Source of the DNA: a virus
Taxonomy: Duplodnaviria > Caudoviricetes
Reading direction: 5' to 3' (one strand)
Length of the DNA stretch: 55,733 bases
Virus record (IMG/VR): IMGVR_UViG_3300032931_000778
Coordinates: 1-55,733 of that record
In this document: positions 45,588 through 54,400 of the stretch, in pieces
Layout: every line of letters starts with the position of its first letter
Numbering within the stretch: position 1 is the first letter of the stretch
Made by a program: the position numbers and the translations under genes
The notes under the pieces: model-generated
Told to the model about the DNA's origin: nothing
Database searches by the model: none
The model's input: the letters and a program-made list of their open reading frames with translations, nothing else

Positions 45588-47192
45588 TCATGACAGGCCG
45601 GAGAGCTGCCGCATCATTGCGGGGTCCAGGCCGAAGTCGGCCAAGTCGCCCGCGCCCGCCGTGCCTGCCCCGCGTGGGGCCACGGCCTCCTCCTCCAGCG
45701 TCGCCGGCCGCGCCTGGGCCCGCGTCAGCTGCGCGCGCATGCGCTCCAGCTGCCCGTCGCCCATCGTCGTCCGTCCCCGCTGCCGCACCAGCCGATCGAC
45801 CTCATCTGTGCTCGCAACGCCCTCTAGCAACTCAATCAACTCGCGCCCGTTCGTCAACCCTGCGACGCTCTCGGCCTTGTACGCCGCGAGGTCCGCCGTG
45901 GCCCGCGCCTCGGCCAGATCCCGCTGTAGCGTGGCGACGCGCTGCTCAGCTCCCCGTGCGCGCGCCTCCAGGCCCTCGCCGCCTTCAACAGCCAGCTTCA
46001 ACTGCATCTGCTTCTCGGCCAGTCTCCCGTGCAATTCCTTCGACTCCGCGAAGAGCCGCTTGCGCTCGCCCTCCCAGCGCCGCGTGGCCTCGGCCAGCGG
46101 GTTGGGGGCAGGGGGCAGCACCTCTAGCTGCCGCAGCACGCCACGCACGCGCGTGCGCACCTCGGCCTCGTCCTCTAACAGCCCGGCGTCAGCCAATAGC
46201 TCGCGCGCCATCGCCGCATGGGGATGGTTCGCCACGAGGCGCTCCGCCAGGAGCTGGTAGCCTGCCTCGCGGGCCACCCCGCGATAGGCCTCCGCCTGCT
46301 CGCGCAGCCCCGTGATCTCCGCGCGCTGGGCCTGCAGGGCCGCCGCCACGTGGTCCTCGGGAACCGTCGGCAGGTAGGGCCGCAGGAGCTGCGCCACCGT
46401 GGCCAGCACGGCGCCCGCGCCGTCTGCCTCAGCCTCCTCGCGCAGCTCGGCCCGCACCTCGGCCCGCAGCCCCTGTAGGGCCTCGAGGAGCCCGCGCTCG
46501 AAGCGCTCGCGCTCCTCCTCACGGGCCTCCACCACCGCCGCCTCAACGTCCGTGCTCGCCGCCGCCTGAAGCTGCGCCTGCGCCTTCGCCAGCGCGCGCT
46601 CCACCATGCCCTCCTCCAACGCCGCGAGGGCCTCGGGGATCTGCGCCTTCAGGCCCTCCGCATCGTACGGATCGTTCACATCCTCCGTGAATACCTCGGG
46701 GTACGCCGTCTTCATCGCAGGGTCTGCCACGAAGTCCCACGTCTTGAGGTTGTAGTCCTCGCAGACGTCCTCGCCGTCCCCGGTCTCGCTCGGCTTCGTG
46801 CTCCCAAAGCCCCGCGAGCTGACGCCAATCTCCACCCGATGGCGCATCAGCGCCGCCAAAATGCGGCCGTTCGGCGTATCCAAGATCTCGGCGGCCCCCA
46901 TCACACGGCCATCCTCCTCGACCCGCGCCTCGGTGATCAGCGCTGCGGCCTTCATCAAGGAAGATTTTCCCGATTCTGGATGATCGAGTTCACTGAGCAC
47001 GCGCCGCCGCTTGATGTCCTCCTGGAGCTTCTTGACCTCGCGCTCATAGATGGCCTTGGGATAGCGCCGCCCGTTCTGCGTCGGGGTGTCGTAACGCCCA
47101 AACTCGCCGCGCGCTACGAGCTTGCCCGTGCCCTTGTCCTCGGTCAGGGTGAACGTCGTGGTGATCGTCTCAGTCAGCAGCTTGCCGCTCAT
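45588..47192 (-). CDS. gp21: Prohead protease (T4 gp21/U9) fused to a scaffold-like coiled coil
   Basis: NGRRYP..IYERE, ELDHP, EILDTPNG, GVSSRGFGS, DFVADP; followed by about 360 aa of Ala/Glu/Arg helix ending MMRQLSGL. Confidence 0.92.
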   Translation of the reverse strand: MSGKLLTETITTTFTLTEDKGTGKLVARGEFGRYDTPTQNGRRYPKAIYEREVKKLQEDIKRRRVLSELDHPESGKSSLMKAAALITEARVEEDGRVMGAAEILDTPNGRILAALMRHRVEIGVSSRGFGSTKPSETGDGEDVCEDYNLKTWDFVADPAMKTAYPEVFTEDVNDPYDAEGLKAQIPEALAALEEGMVERALAKAQAQLQAAASTDVEAAVVEAREEERERFERGLLEALQGLRAEVRAELREEAEADGAGAVLATVAQLLRPYLPTVPEDHVAAALQAQRAEITGLREQAEAYRGVAREAGYQLLAERLVANHPHAAMARELLADAGLLEDEAEVRTRVRGVLRQLEVLPPAPNPLAEATRRWEGERKRLFAESKELHGRLAEKQMQLKLAVEGGEGLEARARGAEQRVATLQRDLAEARATADLAAYKAESVAGLTNGRELIELLEGVASTDEVDRLVRQRGRTTMGDGQLERMRAQLTRAQARPATLEEEAVAPRGAGTAGAGDLADFGLDPAMMRQLSGLS

Positions 47193-47326
47193 CGCGTCCC
47201 CTTCTTCAGCCCGGCCTCGCGCCGGAGCGCCATCCGTACCACCTGCCCGAACCGCACCCGCCGGCTGGTCTTACGCGGCCCGCGGTCGGTCAAGCGAAAG
47301 ACACGGTCAGCGGGCCGCACTCCCAT
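47189..47326 (-). CDS. Small basic hypothetical protein (start uncertain)
   Basis: Stop overlaps the protease ATG (ATGA); no clear SD. Confidence 0.3.
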   Translation of the reverse strand: MGVRPADRVFRLTDRGPRKTSRRVRFGQVVRMALRREAGLKKGTR

Positions 47327-47391
47327 GAGCGCCTGCCGCTGACCGGCCGTCCGTCCCTTCCACTGCGGGCCCTCTAACAGGCCAGCCCGCG

Positions 47392-48453
47392 TCAGTTTCC
47401 CGACTCGTCCTCGTCGTCCTCGTCGTCGCCCTCTTCGCCGAGGTAGTCGAAGTCGACCTCGCCGTCCTCGATCGACTCCATGATGCGCGTCACGAGGTTG
47501 AAGCACGGGGCCAGCGTGGCCACGAACTCGTCCTCGTTCAGGGCGTCCTCGACCAAGGTGCCCGCGTTGGCGCGCTCGATCACGGGGATCAGCGCCTCCT
47601 CGAGCACGGCATCGACCTCGGGGGAGTCGTACATCTCGGCCATGAGGGTGAAGATGTTGTTCAGGCGCTCCACGATCTCCGCCCGCGTCCCGGCCTGCAC
47701 GCGGCTCTCATGGAGCACGCTGCGGAGGTCGTTCGCGATCTCGCTGTCCGCCGAGGCGCCCAGGCTGCCGAAGCCGCCGACGGGGCCGCGCTTGCCGGCG
47801 CCGAGGAGCTTGCGGAAGGGCTTGGCCGCGATCCGAGCCGCGAGCTTGTTGCCGCGGGCGCCTAGCTTGGCCGCGCGGATCTTCTGCACATTCTTGTACC
47901 AGGCCTTCGCCTCACGCTTTACGTCCGCGCGCTTGTCCTGGGCCTTGTGCGTCTTGCGGCGCTTCTTCGCCTTGAGGTTGGCCATGCGGGCCTTGGTGCC
48001 CGTGCGGCGGTGCTTCGTGGTCATCCGGCCGCTCTTCGCCCCGAAGGTGCGGAAGGCCATGCCCTCTTCGAGCTTGCCCTTCGTCCGCAGCAGCATCTCG
48101 ACGACCTCCTGCGCGCGCGCCGTCAACGCGGCGTCGCCCTCAGGCAGGTCCTTCTTGCCCAGCTCCTCGAGCAGCGCATCGAGATCCTCGACGCTCATGT
48201 TCTCGAAGGGGAGGGCCGCGATCCGGTTGAACAGCTCGCGCGTCACCACGGGGCCCTCAATCGGGTCGTGGGCCTCGGTCTGCGCCTGGCCGCTCACCGC
48301 GATGGTGTCGAGGCGCTTGACGCCGCCGCCCATCACGCTGTCCTCGGTGAGGACGTTCATGCCCGCGAGGGTGCGCTGGTCCTCGACCATCGTCGAGAGC
48401 CCGAGGGCCGCCATGTCCTGCTCAAACGTGCTGTCAATGATCCGTTGTGCCAT
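47392..48453 (-). CDS. Prohead core protein-like (basic middle, acidic ends)
   Basis: AAGGAG SD; KAKKRRKTHK segment; LTE/LEE/LHE sites; lies between portal and protease as T4 gp67/gp68 do. Confidence 0.6.
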   Translation of the reverse strand: MAQRIIDSTFEQDMAALGLSTMVEDQRTLAGMNVLTEDSVMGGGVKRLDTIAVSGQAQTEAHDPIEGPVVTRELFNRIAALPFENMSVEDLDALLEELGKKDLPEGDAALTARAQEVVEMLLRTKGKLEEGMAFRTFGAKSGRMTTKHRRTGTKARMANLKAKKRRKTHKAQDKRADVKREAKAWYKNVQKIRAAKLGARGNKLAARIAAKPFRKLLGAGKRGPVGGFGSLGASADSEIANDLRSVLHESRVQAGTRAEIVERLNNIFTLMAEMYDSPEVDAVLEEALIPVIERANAGTLVEDALNEDEFVATLAPCFNLVTRIMESIEDGEVDFDYLGEEGDDEDDEDESGN

Positions 48454-49321
48454 CGTCGCCGTCTCCTTGTTCGTTGGGGTCGCGGCCCCGCCCTGCGAGG
48501 TAGCCCGCGACGATCATCATGTGCCTGGCCCGCTCCGCGCACGTCCCATGCGCTCTTGCCATCCGCGCGACATCCCGTGGGGTGTCCTCCAACATCAACC
48601 GTTCGGCACGTGTGAGCGCGGCCACCATGGCCTCCGCCTCGCCGATCAACGAACTCCTGATGGCGTCCAGGTCCGCTTCGCCCTTATCAAATCGCACGGA
48701 TCGGCCCTCGTCAAGGATTTGGGCGTACGCCGCCTTGAGCCCCTCGACCGCCATCCGCAGTTCCCCCACCGGGATCCCCGCGTCGGGGCGCCCCACAAAG
48801 AGCCCCGGATCGGGGACGCGCGCCTCGCGCGCCCGCACCTCGCCCCACATGCGCCGCCGGATGCGCTCCGCATCCGCCATGTACCAGCGCTGCCATGCCG
48901 CGTCCTGCGCCGCCTCGATCTCGGCCACCACATCGACGAGCCAGTAGCGCTCCCCCGCCTCGACGAGGTGGGCCAGGTCGCGCATGCGCGTGCGCGACTC
49001 GGGGCCCGCGCACCGCCCCTCAGCGACGTCCCGCACGAGGGCCCGCACCTGCCCCGCCACGTAGCGCGGGACCTCGGCCTCGCCCAGCGCCGCCACCGCA
49101 TAGGGCGCGTGCCCCCGCAGCGCAACCACGCCGTCCGCGCAGACATAGTCCACGCGCGCAAATTGCTCTGCGTCATCCACAACGACCGCGCGATCCGCCC
49201 ACGTCGCGATGGCCCGCACGGGGCGCCGCAGGACCACGCTCGCCGCCCGCTCGATCTGGTCGATCAGCGCCTCGTAGCTCCCCGCCCGCATCTCCGCCAG
49301 TTGCGCCTCGGTAATGTACAT
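48434..49321 (-). CDS. Hypothetical head morphogenesis protein
   Basis: GC3 bias; directly after portal. Confidence 0.6.
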   Translation of the reverse strand: MYITEAQLAEMRAGSYEALIDQIERAASVVLRRPVRAIATWADRAVVVDDAEQFARVDYVCADGVVALRGHAPYAVAALGEAEVPRYVAGQVRALVRDVAEGRCAGPESRTRMRDLAHLVEAGERYWLVDVVAEIEAAQDAAWQRWYMADAERIRRRMWGEVRAREARVPDPGLFVGRPDAGIPVGELRMAVEGLKAAYAQILDEGRSVRFDKGEADLDAIRSSLIGEAEAMVAALTRAERLMLEDTPRDVARMARAHGTCAERARHMMIVAGYLAGRGRDPNEQGDGDDGTTDH

Positions 49322-49324
49322 CGC

Positions 49325-51172
49325 CTAATCCGTTCTGCTATAGCCGGCCGCACGCCGATCCCGCCGATCCCGCCGCGCCTGCCGCTCCATCGCCCGATCG
49401 ATCCCCTCGACCCGCGCCGCCATGCGCTCCGTGAGCCGCGTCACGCGGCTGTGCTCATTCAGCAGGCGGTCCAGGCGCGCCTTTACCGCCGCGTCCCCAT
49501 CAAGGGCCCAGCCCCGATCCTCGACCCCCTCGGGCACCCCCGCCTCAGCTGCCCCCGCCTCTGGCGGCATCCCGCCCTCGGCCCCCATCGGGCCCATCAC
49601 GGTCTCGGGGTACTCGCGGATGATCTCCGCCTGCGTCGCCGCGTCGCCCTTCATGGACCCGCGCTTGTCCTTGCGCGCCTCGTCCGTCACGTAGATGGCC
49701 TCGTCCTGCGAGAAGCCAAACACATGCTGGAGGATCCAGGGCTGCGGCACCAGCTCGCCCAGGCCCTGCGCGAGCTGCGCCTGCTGCAACCGCACCTCCA
49801 ACTGCGCCAGCTCGAAGATGTACGAGGGCACCGTCATGTGGAGGTCGAAGGCCACGCCGTCAGGGTCGATACCGAGGGCCGCGAGGTGGATCCGGCAGAT
49901 CTGCTTCACGCCGTTGCGCACCTCGCGCTGCACCCGCATGGCCGCCCGCGCAAACCGCACGTCGTCCCCGCTCGCGATGCGCCCCGTGGTCTCCTCCATC
50001 CCGAGGAGGCGCTTGGGGGTCTGCGCCGCGGCGAGCACCTTGTTGCGGAAGTACTCCAGGATGTCGAGGTCCTGCGAGTCCACGCCCTGCAGCACGTCCA
50101 CGCGCGTCGAGTCCTTGCCCCCGCGCGTGGGGAGCCAGAGATCCTCCAATCCATTGCCAATATTGTAGCGAAAGTCGATCTGCCCCGTGCTCGGGTTAAA
50201 GACCTTCTTGCGCGTGTACTGCTGCTGGATCTTCTTGACGTGCGCCCACCCCTCGGCCGGCGGCAGGTCGCCCGTGTCAATGTAAAAGGCGTTCCGCGAG
50301 GGCCCACGCGTCAGCTTGGTCACCAGCGCGGTGTCCTCCATCATCATGAGGCGCTTCCAGGCCCAGCGCCCGCCATCGAGCACGCTCACGCCATAGACCG
50401 CCGTGGTGTCCTTCTGCCGCAGGCGCCAGTGCACAACCTCCCAGGGCTCGAAGACCACGCACCCATTGACGGGCTTGCGCTGGTCACGCGCGATCTTCAA
50501 TGCCGCATCGAACTCGCGCTGCATGAGCTTGAACTGCCCCGTGGGGTCCTGGATGAAGCCCAGCGTGGTTCCGTGGTTGTCCTGCACGCGCCGCATCGTG
50601 GGGGGCGCCAGGAAGTTGATCCCGACGACGCCCATCTTGCCCACGAGCACCTCGCCGAAGCGATTGCCGTACTTGGCCAGCGTGCGGGCGAGCCCATGCA
50701 CATCGTCCTCGACCCGCAGGCGCCGCGTGAGGAGGTCCTCCAGCACGTCGCGCACCAGCTTGTCCTTCGAGGAGGCCCAGATGCTGCGCCCCGTGTTGCT
50801 GTCCGGGATCGAGGCGTCGTCCGCGTAGAGCGTGAAGATCGACGAGGTGAGGTCATAGTCGTCCATGTCCTCAGAATCGCGGTACCGCTGCATGAGGTCG
50901 TCGGAGAGCTGGAGGGCCTGCGCGACGGGGCTGTTCGCATCGAAGTTGCCGCCGGTCTGCAGGGCGAGGGCTCCTACATAGCCATCCTTGGCGAGGAGGG
51001 GGTTGTCCTGGTGCTTGCCCGCGATCTCAGCGCCCTGCGTCACGCCGCGGGGCGCCGTGGGGCCCTCCTGCGCCGGGCCGGATCCGCGCCCCAGCCACCC
51101 CCGGATCTTGCCCCAGAGGCCGTCGCCCTTGCCCCCGGCATCGGTCGCTTGCTGCTGCTTGGGATCCGCCAT
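49325..51172 (-). CDS. gp20: Portal protein (T4 gp20 family)
   Basis: LMMMEDTALV.KLTRGPSR.AFYIDTGDLP, EDLWLPTRGG...T.VDVL.G, DILEYFRNK. Confidence 0.95.
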   Translation of the reverse strand: MADPKQQQATDAGGKGDGLWGKIRGWLGRGSGPAQEGPTAPRGVTQGAEIAGKHQDNPLLAKDGYVGALALQTGGNFDANSPVAQALQLSDDLMQRYRDSEDMDDYDLTSSIFTLYADDASIPDSNTGRSIWASSKDKLVRDVLEDLLTRRLRVEDDVHGLARTLAKYGNRFGEVLVGKMGVVGINFLAPPTMRRVQDNHGTTLGFIQDPTGQFKLMQREFDAALKIARDQRKPVNGCVVFEPWEVVHWRLRQKDTTAVYGVSVLDGGRWAWKRLMMMEDTALVTKLTRGPSRNAFYIDTGDLPPAEGWAHVKKIQQQYTRKKVFNPSTGQIDFRYNIGNGLEDLWLPTRGGKDSTRVDVLQGVDSQDLDILEYFRNKVLAAAQTPKRLLGMEETTGRIASGDDVRFARAAMRVQREVRNGVKQICRIHLAALGIDPDGVAFDLHMTVPSYIFELAQLEVRLQQAQLAQGLGELVPQPWILQHVFGFSQDEAIYVTDEARKDKRGSMKGDAATQAEIIREYPETVMGPMGAEGGMPPEAGAAEAGVPEGVEDRGWALDGDAAVKARLDRLLNEHSRVTRLTERMAARVEGIDRAMERQARRDRRDRRAAGYSRTD

Positions 51173-51453
51173 CTAGTTCCCGACGCGGGGGCTGCCTGCT
51201 TTAGCTGGCAGCGGAAGCGCCGTCCTCCATGTTGCAAACGTGACGAACCGACAATCGTTTGGCTTAATATCTCGCGTTAACCGCTTTCCGCTTTGCAACG
51301 CATGCAGGCTGACGGGCAGCGCGTTCAGTTGGCTTCGTACGACCAGATCCTTCGATCCACTCTCGCCTACGCTAGTCTTCCGTTTAACTCGCTCGTTTCG
51401 CACTGGCTCTGCTACTCCTCACAAGCCGCCCGCTTTAGCGGACGGTGGTTGAC
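51173..51453 (-). mobile_element. Internally deleted IS200/IS605-family IscB/IsrB-type (OMEGA) element, 281 bp
   Basis: Begins GTCAACCACC with hairpin CCGTCCGC-TAAA-GCGGGCGG; ends with hairpin GCTGCCAGC-TAAA-GCAGGCAGC; lower GC; residual peptide SLHALQSGKRLTRDIKPNDCRFVTFATWR recalls IscB/IsrB C-termini. Confidence 0.7.
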
Positions 51454-51471
51454 GCCTCACGCTCCTCGCGC

Positions 51472-54400
51472 CTAACCCATCAGGAAGGGCAAAATGGGGA
51501 TCTCGCCGTCGCCCTCGGGGCCCGGCTGCCCGGTCACCCACGCGAAATCCTCGGCCTCTGCGCGCCCCTCGCCTGGTTGTAGCACCCCCAGGGGCACCCT
51601 CGGAACTTTTTTGATGAGCCCCGCTACAACGCCAGAAACACTATCAGCGCAGTCCTTGCTGCCCGCCACACTATGATCCACCTTGCCCCGCAGACGATCA
51701 TGCTCCAGGGCCTTCAGCTCAAACAGGAGAGGCGCGTGCGGGTACAGCTCGATCCGCCGCTCGTAGATCGCACTGCGTAGGGCCTCATAGGGCACCATCG
51801 TGGCATCCACACTGAGGATCTCCGAAGCCACCCCGCGCCGCCGCATCGCCTGCAACGTATCGGCCGACTGATAAGAATCTGTAGAGAACCCAATGAGGGA
51901 GAACCCGTGCGCCTGGAGGTCGTAGACCACCGCCCGGATGTCCGCGAGCTGGATCTGCTCCCCCGGCGGGGGCCGCACCTGCAACACGAGGTCGATCACA
52001 AAGAACGGCGCGAGGTCCGTGTAGTGGTCCCCCTCAGGGGTCCGCCGCACCACCTCTACCCAATGCGCAATGTGTCCCATACAAATCCCCGTTGCATCCC
52101 CTGACAGCGAGGTGTCGATGTGCACGTAGCGCAGGGCCCGCGGGTTGCGCAGGGGCGTCCAGGTCTCCTCCTCGAACCCGCCCGGGAGGCGCCGCACCGC
52201 GGCCTTCGCGAGCTTGTGCCAGTGGATCACCAGGGGCTCCCCGTACTGCCAGGTCTGGCGGTCGGCGGGGTGGCTCCGCTGGGGGTCCACCGCCTCCTGG
52301 ATCTTCTCCGTGCGCTGGATGAACACGCTGATCGCCGTCGTGGGGACGCCCGCGATGTCGCGGATCGCGTCCTCCAGGTTGGACTCGAAGTCCACGCGGT
52401 ACTCCTCGGGCACCGCGATCACGCGCGCCTCGTCAGGCAGGGTCTCCATGTTGACCGCCTCGTCAGGGGCCAAGATGCGGCTGCGCAGGGAGCTGCCCCC
52501 GCAGAGCACGCGGAAGGTGCGCCCGCTGAAGGAGCCCGGCGGCTTGACCTCCCACGTGGCCATCTCCATGGCGTAGATCGAGGGGTCACGGTGGGCCGCC
52601 GCGAGGCGCCGATCGATGAAGCTCCCCACCGTGTTCGCGCTCGACACCATCACGATCATGCCGGGGAGGTCCCCGCTGGCCTGCACGAAGCGCGACTTGA
52701 TGCGGCGCTCCAGGGAGCGGTAGGTGACCTCGGCGTGGTCATAGTGCGCGAGGCTCTTCTGCGCGCCGTCCGCCGTGCGGATCTTCTGCTTGGTCGAGCG
52801 CACAAAGTTGGTGTTGTGCACCACCACGCCATCCGCCACGAAGGTCTGAAACTCCGTCTCGATCGCGTAGGTCTGCTCCGGTGGCAACGGCATCACCGCC
52901 GTCACGCGGGCTAGTCGGAGATCGGCGGGGAGGGCGTCGACACGGATGGACTCGGGTCGGGCACCTCTAGCGGCGGCGCACATGCCATCCATCGCCGCCG
53001 CACGCGCATCTGAGCAAGCCCATCCATAAACGCCTGATTGACGAACGGCCCCTCCCATGCGGACGGAACCATGGCCCCGTTGATCACTATCAGGAAGGGA
53101 TGCCCATGCCGTTGGCAATGATCCCACATCGCAAACAACCTCGCCTGTGCGCGAGGCATGTAAAACGATGTCTTGTCCTTCCCCTCGACCACCACCGTCA
53201 CACCGTCGGCACGATCCACCTCGAAGTCCGCCACCGTCAAGCGTGGCTGCCCCCCAATCTCGTACGGCACAAACGGCAACTGATCCTCGCCCCGAATTGC
53301 CACCACCCCCGGTTGCGTCATCAAGGCCTGCACCAGCAGCAACTCTGCCTCCGACCGACATGGAACCTGTTGCCCATCCGGCCCCGTCACCCAGTGCTTG
53401 TACGTCCGCTTGCGATCCCGGATCGCACGCATGTTGCCCTCGGAGATGTTCTGCTTCGATGCCTCCGTGTGCGGCGTGCCCGGCTTGCCCAGCCGTGCCT
53501 CGCGCAACCGCCGCTTGTGCTGCCTGCTGAGCGGCTTGCCATAGCGCGGATTGTCCGCACCCCGCATCACGGGCGGGAGGTGCGTGACGCGGCCCTCTGC
53601 CCGTGCAGCCCGTGCAGTTATAGACATGGCAGCCCGCCATGCCAACGTGCACCGGCGTTTTGAGGCCTCGCTCATCTTCTGCCTGGTCTCCGCCGAGATG
53701 ACACGCCCCCGTAACGCATCGCCGATCTTTTGTTTGGTCTCCTCCGAATGTTGCCACCCCGTACGCCGCTTGGCGATCTCGCTCTTGCGTCGCCGTTGTT
53801 CCTCGTTCGGGATCCACCCCGGCCGTCCCCGTCGCGTCTCGGACATCTTGCGCCGCGTCTCCTCGCTGGCCGTCCGCCCCGTGTTGATCGCACGCAACTT
53901 TGCGCGCGTCTCCTCGGTATGCGTCCGCCCCCGCTGCGCCTCGGACATCTTGCGCAATGTATCCTCGGTATGACGCCGCCCCTTGCCCGCCTCGCTCAGC
54001 TTTGCACGCGTCTCCGCCGAGATCTCGCACCCCGCGCGTGCCTCGCGCATCTTCTGCTTGGCCTCCTCCGAGTGCTTCTTGCCCTTGCGCGCCTCGCTGA
54101 TCTTGCGCCGCGTCTCCTCGCTGAACACGCGCCCCTTGCCCGCCTCGCTCACCTTCGCGCGATGTTCGTCCGTCAGCTTCTTCCCGCGCTTCGCCGCACT
54201 GATCTTCTCCCGCGCCTCTGCGCTCAACGTCCCGCCCTTCTTCGGCATCCTGCACCTCAACAACCAGCTCGTCCCCGACCCGCACGTCCCGGGCATAGCG
54301 ATATACCAGCCACGCCCCGTCGCGCACCAATACCGGGTGGTGCAACGACGGCGCTATCGCCCCCCCGTCATAGGTCAACTCCACGATGGATTGGACGGTC

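Noticed and set aside
47480-51280. 1266-aa plus-strand ORF, and other long plus-strand ORFs such as 44048-46315 and 5667-7166
   Set aside because: Antisense shadows of GC3-rich minus-strand genes (portal, capsid, tape measure); no motifs or RBS, and Arg/Pro/His-biased composition.
53650-54230. CRISPR-like array
   Set aside because: The repeats are degenerate 17-codon protein repeats without unique spacers; no CRISPR array or cas gene was seen in the window.
52911-54248. Group I intron with an endonuclease ORF inside terL
   Set aside because: The flanks are intact intein blocks, the host frame is open, and there is no non-coding room for a ribozyme core. RT-PCR would exclude it formally.
54249-54296. 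ORF-track start at 54296 for the nested nuclease
   Set aside because: No SD there and it overlaps a conserved intein block; ATG 54248 has GAGGTG.
54300-54326. Internal promoter for the nested nuclease (GCGCGACGGGGCG..TATATC, resembling 15111-15141)
   Set aside because: Spacing differs between the two sites and the -10 is poor; likely coincidence without TSS data.
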